This document shows, piece by piece, positions 1 to 11,663 of a DNA stretch of 64,000 nucleotides. Within the stretch, counting starts at the first letter, position 1. Each line of letters opens with the position of its first letter. The stretch comes from an uncultured Gemmatimonadales bacterium (GTDB lineage: Bacteria; Gemmatimonadota; Gemmatimonadetes; Gemmatimonadales; Gemmatimonadaceae): the NCBI GenBank assembly GCA_963701965.1, contig OY969695.1, positions 4,320,001-4,384,000 on the forward strand. Direction: 5' to 3'. The notes beneath the pieces are model-generated. The model saw only the letters and a list, made by a program, of their open reading frames with translations, did no database searches and had not been told where the DNA came from. The translations under genes and the position numbers were made by a program.

Positions 1-1
1 G

Positions 2-2429
<2,428 letters not shown>

Positions 2430-2437
<8 letters not shown>

Positions 2438-4328
2438 CGACGCCGAGTGGCTGGAGACGGACGGACTCGGCGGCTTCGCGTCCGGTCCCGTCGCCGGCCC
2501 GCGCACCCGGCGCTATCACGGTCTCTTGGTCGTCGCCCGCCGGCCGCCGTCCGATCGCTTAGTGCTCGTCAACGGATTCGACGCCTGGGTCAGCACCCCC
2601 AATGGCACCTGGCCGCTCACGACGCAGCGGTATACGCCGGACGTCGACGCGCCGGATGGGCCGCACCGGCCGGCCGATTTCCAGAACGAGCCCTGGCCGA
2701 CGTGGACGTTCGTGCTGCCCGATGGCGTCCCCGTCATTCAAGAGATCATCATGACGCGCGGATCGCCGGCCGTCGCTGTCGCCTGGCGCCTGGCGCGCCC
2801 GGCCCCCGGCGTGACGCTGACAGTCCGACCGTTCCTCACCGGCCGATCCATGCACGCGCTGCATGTCGAAAACGCCAACTTCCGTTTCGAGGCGCACGTG
2901 GACGGCGAGTGCGTGCGATGGCACCCGTACGACGGCGTGCCGGCGATCGTCTCGCACGCCAACGCGACGTACGCGCACGACCCGCAGTGGTACCGGCACA
3001 TGCAATATGACGTGGACCGCGCCCGGGGATACGACTCCGTCGAGGACGTCGGTGCGCCGGGGACACTCACCTGGGACCTCTCCCGCGAGCCCGCCGCCTG
3101 GGTGCTGGCCACCGAGGCCGATGCCCGCCCCGCGCTCGATCGCCTGGCGCGCATCAAGAGCGACGAACGCGGGCGGCGCGCCGCGCTCGGCACCGCGCTC
3201 CGGCGGGCGGGCGACCACTATCTCGTCAAACGCGGCATTGGAGACACGATCATCGCCGGCTACCCATGGTTCGGCGACTGGGGACGCGATACGTGCATCG
3301 CCGTGCGCGGTCTGTGCCTGTCGACCGGCCGGTTCGAGGAAGCGGCGCGCATTCTCACGGAGTGGTCGGCGCACATCTCGCGGGGGATGATTCCCAATCG
3401 GTTCCCGGAAGGCGGCGACCCCCCCGAGTACAACTCCGTCGACGCCTCGCTGTGGTTCGTGATCGCGGTCGACGAGCTGTTCCGTCTGGGCGGTCGCAAT
3501 GTGCCGTACGCCGCGCCACTCGTCGACGCTGTCGTGTCCATTCTGCATGGCTACGTCGACGGCACGCGCTATCGCATTCGCGTCGAGGGCGACGGGCTCC
3601 TGGCCTCCGGCGAGGCCGGCGTCCAATTGACGTGGATGGACGCGCGCGTCGGAGACCGGCTCATCACGCCGCGCATCGGCAAAGCGGTCGAAGTGCAGGC
3701 ACTCTGGATCAATGCTGTCGCCATCGCCGAGACGCTCGATCCGCCCCATCAGGCCGAGTGGACGGCCCTGTTCGAGCTGGCCCGCGCGTCGTTCCGGGAT
3801 CGCTTCTGGCGCGCCAATGTGGGATGGTGCTATGACGTCGTCAATGTCGATCACGAGAGCGGCGTCGTGGACGCGTCCTTCCGCCCGAACCAGATCTTCG
3901 CCATCGGAGGGTTGCCGCGCCAGCTGCTCGGCCCCGAAGACGGGCGGCGGCTGGTCGACGCGGTCGAACGGCGACTCTGGACGCCGATGGGCCTGCGCAC
4001 GCTGGCGCCGGACGAACCGGGATATCGCGGGCACTACGGTGGCAACCAAGCCACGCGCGACGAAGCGTACCATCAAGGGACGGTCTGGCCGTGGTTGACC
4101 GCGGCCTTCGTCGAGGCCTGGGTGCGGGTCCGCGGCGACACTGATGACGCGCGCCGCGAAGCCGGCGAGCGATTCGTGGTGCCTTTACTCGATCAACTCG
4201 CCGCGGGACCCGGCGTGGGCCATCTGCCGGAGGTGGCCGACGGCTCAGCCGGATACAATCCCGGAGGGTCGCCGTTCCAAGCGTGGTCCGTCGCCGAGCT
4301 CTTGCGGATCGCGCTCGTCGTGCTCTGA
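2430..4328 (+). CDS. Amylo-alpha-1,6-glucosidase / glycogen debranching enzyme family
   Basis: ATG at 2430 overlaps the upstream stop. EWLETDGLGGFASG, TRRYHGLL, AGYPWFGDWGRDT, LTWMDA, AYHQGTVWPWL, QAWSVAE. Confidence 0.9.
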
Positions 4329-4334
4329 CCGGTC

Positions 4335-4865
4335 GTGGTCGTCATCGTCCCCTACGATCCAGCGTGGCCCGCGCAGTTCCGCGCGTTGCGCGATCGCGCC
4401 GCCGCCGCGCTGGGGCCGCTGGCGCTGGCCATTGAGCACGTCGGCAGCACCGCGGTGCCGGGCCTCGCCGCGAAGCCGGTGATCGACATGGACGTCGTCG
4501 TCGCCGACGCCGCGTGCCTCGGCGAAGCGATTCAACGGCTGGCCACGCTAGGATACGTACCTGAGGGCGACCGCGGCATTCCGGGTCGCCAGGCGTTCCG
4601 GTGGCCGGCGGGCGAAGCGCGCCACCATCTCTATATCTGCCCGGCGGACAGTCCGGCTCTTGACGACCATCGGACGTTGCGCGACTACCTGCGCGCGCAT
4701 CCGACCGTCGCTGAAGACTATGCGCGGCTCAAACGGCGCGCCGCCGAGCAATACGCACACGATCGCGAGGCGTATATGCGGGAGAAAGGACCGTACGTCG
4801 ACTACATCACGGCGGAGGCACGAACGTGGGCGCAGACGACGCGGACCGATACGACGCGGTCGTAA
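4335..4865 (+). CDS. GrpB-family (UPF0157) protein
   Basis: YDPAWP, IEHVGSTAVPGLAAKPVIDMD, RDYLR..P...Y..LK. Confidence 0.9.
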   Translation: MVVIVPYDPAWPAQFRALRDRAAAALGPLALAIEHVGSTAVPGLAAKPVIDMDVVVADAACLGEAIQRLATLGYVPEGDRGIPGRQAFRWPAGEARHHLYICPADSPALDDHRTLRDYLRAHPTVAEDYARLKRRAAEQYAHDREAYMREKGPYVDYITAEARTWAQTTRTDTTRS

Positions 4866-6211
4866 TCGGTGCCGGGCAAGCGGGCGTCCCGTTGGCGGTC
4901 GCGTTGGCGAAAGCCGGTCGGCGCACGGCGATCATCGAGCGGGCGCACGTGGGCGGCACGTGTGTCAACGAAGGATGCACGCCGACCAAGACCATGGTCG
5001 CCAGCGCGCGGACGGCGTACGTGGCACGGCGCGCGCACGAATATGGCGTCGGCACGGGCGATGTCAGCGTCGACCTCAATGCCGTGGTGGACCGCAAGCA
5101 AACCGTGGTCGATGCCTTTCGGAGCGGAGGGGAGCGCCGCCTGGCCGCCGCCGGCGTCGAGTTGATCCGGGAGGATGGGTCCTTCGTCGGCCCGAATGTG
5201 CTCCGCGTGGGCTCGCGCACGATCTCCATGGCGCTCTCGGTGATCGATGTGGGTGCCCGGCCGTCGCGTCCCGACATTCCGGGTCTCGCCGACGTCGGCA
5301 CGCTCGACTCGACGTCGATCATGGAGCTCCGGACACTCCCGCGGCACCTCATCGTGCTGGGCGGCGGCTACGTGGGCGTCGAGTTCGCGCAGATGTTCCG
5401 GCGCTTCGGGAGTCAGGTCACGATCATTCACCGCGGCAAGCAGTTGCTGCGGGACGAAGATCCCGATGTCACCGATGCGCTGGCCGCCATCCTGCGCGAC
5501 GAGGGCGTGGCGATCACCCTCGTCGCTACGATCGTGCGCATCGAGGCGCGAGCCGGAAACGCGATCGCGGCGACCGTGCGCACTGCCGGCGGCAATGAAA
5601 CGATCGTCGGTTCCCACCTGCTGGTCGCCACCGGCCGCACGCCGAATACGGAGACCCTCGGTCTCGATGCGGCGGGCGTGGCGCGTACCGCCGGGGGATA
5701 CATCCGCGTAAATGACCGGCTCGAGACCACTGCCCCAGGGATCTACGCGACGGGCGACGTGAATGGCGAGCCGGCCTTCACGCACATCTCCTACGATGAC
5801 TATCGGATTCTGCAAAGCAATCTGTTGCACGGTGGCAGCGCCTCGCGCGCCGGCCGGCTCGTGCCCTACGTCGCCTTCACCGATCCGCAGCTAGGCCGCA
5901 TCGGTCTGACCGAGACAGAGGCCCGCGCCTCGGGCCGCGCCGTAGGCATTGCCCGCCTGCCGATGAGCGCGGTCGCGCGCGCCATCGAAACCGGCGAGAC
6001 CCGCGGGATGATCAAAGTCGTCGTCGACGCGGCGACCCGGCGCATCCTCGGCGCCGCCGTGCTTGGCATCGAGGGTGGCGAGATCATGGGCGCGCTGGAG
6101 ATCGCGATGATGGGAGACGTGCCTTACCCGCGCCTGCGCGATGGCATCTTCGCCCATCCCACTCTCATGGAATCGCTGAACAACTTGTTCAGCGCGGTGG
6201 AGACTGGCTAG
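4826..6211 (+). CDS. Class I pyridine nucleotide-disulfide oxidoreductase (RclA / mercuric-reductase-like)
   Basis: VIGAGQAG, GGTCVNEGCTPTK redox dithiol, GGGYVGVE, HPTLMESL. No C-terminal Cys pair. Confidence 0.85.
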   Translation: MGADDADRYDAVVIGAGQAGVPLAVALAKAGRRTAIIERAHVGGTCVNEGCTPTKTMVASARTAYVARRAHEYGVGTGDVSVDLNAVVDRKQTVVDAFRSGGERRLAAAGVELIREDGSFVGPNVLRVGSRTISMALSVIDVGARPSRPDIPGLADVGTLDSTSIMELRTLPRHLIVLGGGYVGVEFAQMFRRFGSQVTIIHRGKQLLRDEDPDVTDALAAILRDEGVAITLVATIVRIEARAGNAIAATVRTAGGNETIVGSHLLVATGRTPNTETLGLDAAGVARTAGGYIRVNDRLETTAPGIYATGDVNGEPAFTHISYDDYRILQSNLLHGGSASRAGRLVPYVAFTDPQLGRIGLTETEARASGRAVGIARLPMSAVARAIETGETRGMIKVVVDAATRRILGAAVLGIEGGEIMGALEIAMMGDVPYPRLRDGIFAHPTLMESLNNLFSAVETG

Positions 6212-6672
6212 TCGAGCGAGAAGGGGAGAACGACGGGTCCCTGCGACCGGGTCGCCGAGCGACGGGACAGCGCCGGCCAATGGCGGGCCGCATCGTCCAA
6301 TGCCGCGCGCCGCGCCGCGTCCCACATGGGGTCGAACGTCGTTGCCTCGCAGTGGGAGCGGACTTCGATGGCCGTGGCGAACGTCGCGCAGTGCGCGTCG
6401 AGCTGCGCCGCCCCATCGCCGTCCTCGGTGGCCAACCGCTCGCTGATGACGAACCAACTCTCGGTCGTCAGAATGACGTCGATGCCCACGTTCCGCGACA
6501 TCCGGACGCCCTCGCGGCCGTCCGCGCGCCCGCGCCCGATCGTCCAGCCAAACGCCGTCCGCGGGCCATCCTCACTCAGAATGAGGATCGACGTTGGTGG
6601 ACCCAGGTGTGCGCGAACCGACTCCGTAGCCGCGCTCAGCTCGTCCCGTGATGCGATCGCGGGCTCCGTCAT
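6208..6672 (-). CDS. Hypothetical protein
   Basis: 154-aa ORF filling the gap, protein-like composition, no recognised motif. Confidence 0.5.
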   Translation of the reverse strand: MTEPAIASRDELSAATESVRAHLGPPTSILILSEDGPRTAFGWTIGRGRADGREGVRMSRNVGIDVILTTESWFVISERLATEDGDGAAQLDAHCATFATAIEVRSHCEATTFDPMWDAARRAALDDAARHWPALSRRSATRSQGPVVLPFSLD

Positions 6673-6720
6673 ATATGGTGACAGACTGAGGCGAGTTCCG
6701 GACCAGGGTGGCGATCGGCG

Positions 6721-6748
6721 TTAAATTGTTATTGTTTATGGGGTTAAC
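6721..6748. promoter_or_regulatory. AT-rich putative promoter/operator between divergent genes
   Basis: ttaaattgttattgtttatggggttaac stands out in a GC-rich background, about 100 bp upstream of the DUF4956-ppk1 operon. Confidence 0.35.
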
Positions 6749-6843
6749 TGGTCGGGGCCGGCGCCGGAACCCGTCTCCGCTCTCGCGGATTGCGGCGCTG
6801 GCGGGCGAAGTGCAATAGGACAGCATACCCTTCACCACCAATC

Positions 6844-7905
6844 ATGCGTACCCGCACGCTCCAATTCTGCCTCGCGCTCGTCGCATGGAGCCTCGCTGCC
6901 ACCGTTGTCCTCGTCGCCGTCCCGGCGAGGCCGTTGGCGGCGCAAGAGCAGCAACAGCCGACGGAACCCGACACCGGGGAGCTCGCGCAGGACGATAGCG
7001 CCGACCGGTTCGACCAAGTCTTCCAGCAGGAGCCCGTCAAAGGGCATGGGCGCAAGATCGTCCGTCCGGGCGCCGATCTCCATCCGACACTCGTCTGGCG
7101 TCACGGAGCGACGCGGGCGACTTTGCTGGCCCTCTGCGGCGCGCTGTTGCTCGCCTTGCCGATCGCCGGAGTCTACGAGTTCACCAGTCGCCAGCGGACG
7201 CAGCTCGACCGCTCGCTGACGCAGAGCATCCTCCTGCTGCCCCCGATCGTGTCGGGCATCGTGATGGTGGTGCAGGGCAGTTTGGCGCTGGCGTTCAGCC
7301 TGGCGGGCGTGGCGACGACCGTGCGGTTTCGGAGCTCGCTCAAGGACACGAACGACGCGGCGTACATCTTTCTCGCCATCGCGATCGGGATAGCGGCCGG
7401 CGCGCAAGCCCTCGACATCGCGGTCGTCCTGTCGCTGGGCGCCTGCGTGGCGGCCCTGGCGATCCACTATATCACGCTCCTCATCCATCACCCGACGATC
7501 GCGGTGCCGAAAAATGGCCCACAGCGGGGGCCCGTGCCGCTAGGCGTCCCCAGCGCGAATCCCGCGGCGCCGGTGGCGCAGCATGATGAGCGCGATGCGA
7601 TCATCACCGTCTCGACGCCGCACGACGACAAGGCGCGCGACGCCGTCGAATCGCTGCTCGACGGGCTGGCCAAGCAGTGGCACCTCGAGAGCCTGCAGAA
7701 TGACCCGACCACCGATGTCCAGCTCCGCTACGCGGTGCGCACCAAAAAGCGGGTCGACGCGGATGCGCTGGTCGCCGCCATCACCGCTGCCGGAGCGCAG
7801 CAGGGCTTCCGCGCCCAGGTCGAGCATGGCGCCACGCCGGCCGAGCCCATGACCGACGATACCGAATCGAAGACCGGGGCGCCGGCATCCGTGGCGACAG
7901 CCTGA
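6844..7905 (+). CDS. DUF4956-family membrane protein
   Basis: Signal-like N-terminus; SLALAFSLAGVATTVRFRSSLKDTNDAAYIFLAIAIGIAAG; C-terminal soluble domain. Confidence 0.8.
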   Translation: MRTRTLQFCLALVAWSLAATVVLVAVPARPLAAQEQQQPTEPDTGELAQDDSADRFDQVFQQEPVKGHGRKIVRPGADLHPTLVWRHGATRATLLALCGALLLALPIAGVYEFTSRQRTQLDRSLTQSILLLPPIVSGIVMVVQGSLALAFSLAGVATTVRFRSSLKDTNDAAYIFLAIAIGIAAGAQALDIAVVLSLGACVAALAIHYITLLIHHPTIAVPKNGPQRGPVPLGVPSANPAAPVAQHDERDAIITVSTPHDDKARDAVESLLDGLAKQWHLESLQNDPTTDVQLRYAVRTKKRVDADALVAAITAAGAQQGFRAQVEHGATPAEPMTDDTESKTGAPASVATA

Positions 7906-9017
7906 TGCGGCCGGGCGGCGTCGCCGCCGGCGTTGCGCTGGTGGCGATCGTCGCCGGCGCGGCGAACGCGCCCGTCGGGACGCCGGCGCCGTCCCGCGGC
8001 GCATCCCAGGATAGCGATGACGTCACGCTCTTCTTGATCGGCGATGCCGGCGTGCCCCATGCGGGATTCGAGCCGGTGCTGGCGGCGCTCCAGCGCGAAG
8101 CATCGGTGCCGACGGGCGGGCAGCGGGTGATCGTCTTTCTCGGCGACAACATCTATCCCCGCGGACTGCCGGACAGCGCCGACCGCGGGCGTGCCGAGGC
8201 CGAGCGGCGCATCGGCGCACAGGTGGCGGCCGCCGAGTCGAGCCAGGCGACGACGATATTCATCCCGGGGAACCACGACTGGGATGCGGAGCGGACGGAC
8301 GGGTGGCAGGCGATCCGGCGCGAGGGCGACTATATCCGCCGCACGAGCCAGAATCGCGTGTTGTTCCTCCCCGCGAATGGCTGCCCGGGGCCGGCCGTGT
8401 TCAATGCGGGGACGCGCGTTCGTCTCCTGTTGCTCGATACGCAGTGGTGGCTGCAACCAAATCCGAAACCAAACGGGTCGACGGCCGAGTGCCCGGCGGC
8501 GACGCCGACGGGTATTGTGGACTCGATGCGGACGGCGATCGCGAGCGCCAGCCGTCGCGCCGTGGTCGTGCTCGCTCATCATCCGTTATTCTCCGGCGGC
8601 GCGCACGCCGAGCACTGGCGCGCGAAAGACTATCTTGGATTGGGACCGGTGATCTTGTTTCGCCGGTTGCTCAATTCCCCGCAGGATTTCAAGAGCGGGG
8701 CCAACACTGCGATGCGTGAGGCCATCCTGAGCGCGTTCAAGCCACTGCCCCCATTGCTGTACGTGTCAGGGCACGATCACGGTCTCCAAGTATTGGCGGG
8801 GACGGAGTCGCCGGGACCCGTGCGCTACATCGTCTCCGGCGCGGGTACCTACGAGCATCTCGACCCGGTGCAGCGCATCGATCAAACGCTCTTTGAAGCG
8901 CACAAGAGCGGGTATGTGCGTCTGGATTTCCTGCGCGCCGGACACATTCGTCTGTCCGTCCGCATCGTCAATGGGAAGGGTGTGGTCAACGAGGCGTATG
9001 CGGATTCGATTCCATGA
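7905..9017 (+). CDS. Secreted calcineurin-like metallophosphoesterase
   Basis: LIGDAG, LGDNIYP, PGNHDW, HHP, SGHDH motifs; signal peptide. Confidence 0.9.
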   Translation: MRPGGVAAGVALVAIVAGAANAPVGTPAPSRGASQDSDDVTLFLIGDAGVPHAGFEPVLAALQREASVPTGGQRVIVFLGDNIYPRGLPDSADRGRAEAERRIGAQVAAAESSQATTIFIPGNHDWDAERTDGWQAIRREGDYIRRTSQNRVLFLPANGCPGPAVFNAGTRVRLLLLDTQWWLQPNPKPNGSTAECPAATPTGIVDSMRTAIASASRRAVVVLAHHPLFSGGAHAEHWRAKDYLGLGPVILFRRLLNSPQDFKSGANTAMREAILSAFKPLPPLLYVSGHDHGLQVLAGTESPGPVRYIVSGAGTYEHLDPVQRIDQTLFEAHKSGYVRLDFLRAGHIRLSVRIVNGKGVVNEAYADSIP

Positions 9018-11659
9018 ACGGTGGCAGTCGCGTGCAGCGCGTCGTGATGGGGCTGATGGTGATCGCGGGTACGCTCGGCGCGCAGGAGCAGAAACCCGAT
9101 AGCGTCCGACTACCGCAAGCGCGGCCCGCACCCGGACGGATCATTCCCGCGCCGCCGCCGCCGAGTGCCGACACGCCCGAGTCCGTGACCGTGGTTCCGG
9201 GCCCTGAATACCGCGCCGGGTGGCTCCGACGGACATTCGCCGGACCCCACTATCGCGACCTGTGGCTGACGCCCATTCGTCTTCCCGTCCTCGATCTCGC
9301 GCGCTACGCCGGTGGTCTGACGCCGCTCGAGCACGGCGGGGGCCAGCAGACGATCTCGCTGCACATGAAAGGCGCCGACGGCGTCACCTACGTCCTGCGC
9401 TCGGTCGACAAGAGGCCCTTCGTGCCGGAGAACCTGCGCGGCACCGTCGTCGAGGATGTCGTGAACGATAACACCAGCGCGGCCCATCCGACCGGGGTGC
9501 TGGTCGTCGCGCCGTTGCTCAATGCCGCCAAGCTCCTGCACGTGCCGCCCACGCTCGTCGTCATCCCGGATGACCCGCGGTTGGGTGCCTTTCGGGCGGA
9601 GTTCGCCGGGATGATCGCCGAGCTGGAAGGGCGTCCCAAGACCGGGGACAACGAGAAGGAGCTCGAGGACGCGCAGAAAGTCGAGAAGACCGAGAAGCTG
9701 CTGGCCGAATTGGCCAAGAGCTCGTCCAATCGCCTGGATGCTCGGGGCTATCTCACGGCGCGCCTGATGGACTTCTACGTGGGCGATTGGGATCGTGGCA
9801 GCACCCAATGGCGGTGGGCCCGGTTCGGCGAGAAGGGCAACCACATCTGGAAGCCCATTCCGCTCGACCGCGACTGGGCGTTCCAGCGCGCCGACGGCAT
9901 CGTGCCGGCCGTCGCGCGCTCCGCTCGCCCCGAATTGATCGTGTTCTCTGACGACTATCCGCCACTCATCAGTCTGACGTTCGCGGAGTGGGACCTCGAC
10001 CGGCGCTTGCTCCAGGAGCTCGAGCGGCCCGCGTTCGATTCGACCGCTCGATGGCTCCAGGGCGTGCTCACCGACTCGGTGATCGCCGCGGCCGTGGCGG
10101 CGATGCCGCCCGAGCACCAGGCCAAACGCGGGGCGTTCATGCGGCGCGCGCTCGAGGCTCGGCGCGACAAGCTCGGGTCGCTGGCGGCCGACTTCTATCG
10201 ACAGTTGGCGTGGGGCGTCGACGTGCGCACGACGGCCGAGGCATCGATCATCGATGTCAACCGCTTCGCGGACACGATGGCGCTCACGTTCCGGAGCAAG
10301 GACGCGGCGCCCACCGACCCATATTACTCCCGGCGATTCGTCAATGGGGAGACGCACGAGGTGCGCCTCTACGTCAATGCCAGCAACGACAGCATCACCG
10401 TGCGCGGCGGCGGCGACGGGATCAAGCTGCGCGTGATCGCCGACAGCAACGGCACGGTTCTCGTCGACTCCGCGGGAGCGCAGGCCGGGGCGTTACTGGT
10501 GTACGACTACGGGCACGCCGTCCGAGTGATCGATGGGCAGGCCGTCGACGTCGACAGGCGCCGGTGGACGGCCCCTCGGGTCCAGCCCGGAACGTTGGTC
10601 CGCAATGTTGGGCAGCAGTGCACGACGCTGCCGGGAGCGCGCGGCGGGTCTGATGCTGGTGCTGTCATCGGCGTCACGGTGACCTGCAACGAGTTCGGAT
10701 TCCGCCGGCAGCCGTGGGCGCTGAGCAACGCGATCACGGTCGGCTTCGGGAGCGCTGCCGGTGGCGGCGGACTGGATTATTTCGGGCAGCTCCGGCCGGT
10801 CGGCGGCCACCAGGTCTGGTCGGTGCACGCGTTGGCCGTGAGCTCGCAGTTCGTGTGGTTCTTCGGGGAAGGGAACGAAACCCAGTTCAAGGAGTTCGGC
10901 AACTTCTTCGAGCCGTTCTACCGCGCGCGCGAATCGTATTTCCAGCTGAGCCCCGCGCTCACGATTCCGTTCGACCAACACACCACGCTCAGTGTCTCGC
11001 CCTATCTCCGGTACTGGCAGACGAGCCGCCTCGGCGGATTCGTGGATTCCGTGCGCCCGTATGGCGTGGGGCCGTTCGGAACGATCGGCGGGACGGTCGA
11101 TGCCCAGTACGATACCCGCGACAATGTCGCGTTCACGACGCACGGCCTGCTGCTCCACGCGACCGCGGGCGGTGCGCCCGCGGTGTGGGACGCCGTCGAT
11201 GCATATGGAAAGATTCGCGGGACGGCGGCGACGTACCTGACGTCCGCCGCCGTGCCGTTCCAGCCGACGCTGGCGCTCCGCGTGGGAGGCGAAAAGGTCT
11301 GGGGGAGTGCGCCATTTCAGGATATGGCGCACATCGGCGCCACCGCGCCCGGGGTGCCGTTCAGCGTCCGCGGCTACATCGCCGGCCGTTACACGGGCAC
11401 GGCCGCGGCATTTGCCAATGCCCAGCTGGAGATTCCCATCGCCCGGCCGCGCATCCTGCTGCCGACGACGATCGGCGTCCTCGTGATCAATGACATCGGT
11501 CGCGTCTTCGTGCCGGGCGAGCACTCATCGGCGTGGCACAACGGATTTGGCGGTGGCATCTTCGTAGCGCCCTACGACCGGGTGTTCACCACCAGCGTGA
11601 CGTTGGTGCACGGCAGCGACGGCACGCGCTTCTACTTCGGCTACGGGACTGGATTCTGA
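9014..11659 (+). CDS. Outer-membrane protein: N-terminal kinase-like (CotH/HipA-like) region plus C-terminal BamA/TamA-type beta-barrel
   Basis: Signal peptide; GGGQQTISL..YVLRSVDK, DFYVGDWDR..QWRW, PLDRDWAF; barrel motifs DTRDN, VRGY..GRYTG, DIGRVF; terminal F. Confidence 0.7.
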   Translation: MNGGSRVQRVVMGLMVIAGTLGAQEQKPDSVRLPQARPAPGRIIPAPPPPSADTPESVTVVPGPEYRAGWLRRTFAGPHYRDLWLTPIRLPVLDLARYAGGLTPLEHGGGQQTISLHMKGADGVTYVLRSVDKRPFVPENLRGTVVEDVVNDNTSAAHPTGVLVVAPLLNAAKLLHVPPTLVVIPDDPRLGAFRAEFAGMIAELEGRPKTGDNEKELEDAQKVEKTEKLLAELAKSSSNRLDARGYLTARLMDFYVGDWDRGSTQWRWARFGEKGNHIWKPIPLDRDWAFQRADGIVPAVARSARPELIVFSDDYPPLISLTFAEWDLDRRLLQELERPAFDSTARWLQGVLTDSVIAAAVAAMPPEHQAKRGAFMRRALEARRDKLGSLAADFYRQLAWGVDVRTTAEASIIDVNRFADTMALTFRSKDAAPTDPYYSRRFVNGETHEVRLYVNASNDSITVRGGGDGIKLRVIADSNGTVLVDSAGAQAGALLVYDYGHAVRVIDGQAVDVDRRRWTAPRVQPGTLVRNVGQQCTTLPGARGGSDAGAVIGVTVTCNEFGFRRQPWALSNAITVGFGSAAGGGGLDYFGQLRPVGGHQVWSVHALAVSSQFVWFFGEGNETQFKEFGNFFEPFYRARESYFQLSPALTIPFDQHTTLSVSPYLRYWQTSRLGGFVDSVRPYGVGPFGTIGGTVDAQYDTRDNVAFTTHGLLLHATAGGAPAVWDAVDAYGKIRGTAATYLTSAAVPFQPTLALRVGGEKVWGSAPFQDMAHIGATAPGVPFSVRGYIAGRYTGTAAAFANAQLEIPIARPRILLPTTIGVLVINDIGRVFVPGEHSSAWHNGFGGGIFVAPYDRVFTTSVTLVHGSDGTRFYFGYGTGF

Positions 11660-11663
11660 CCTG

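Noticed and set aside
4826..6211. True MerA mercury resistance
   Set aside because: No C-terminal Cys-Cys, no N-terminal metal domain, no mer genes; HPTxxE ending.
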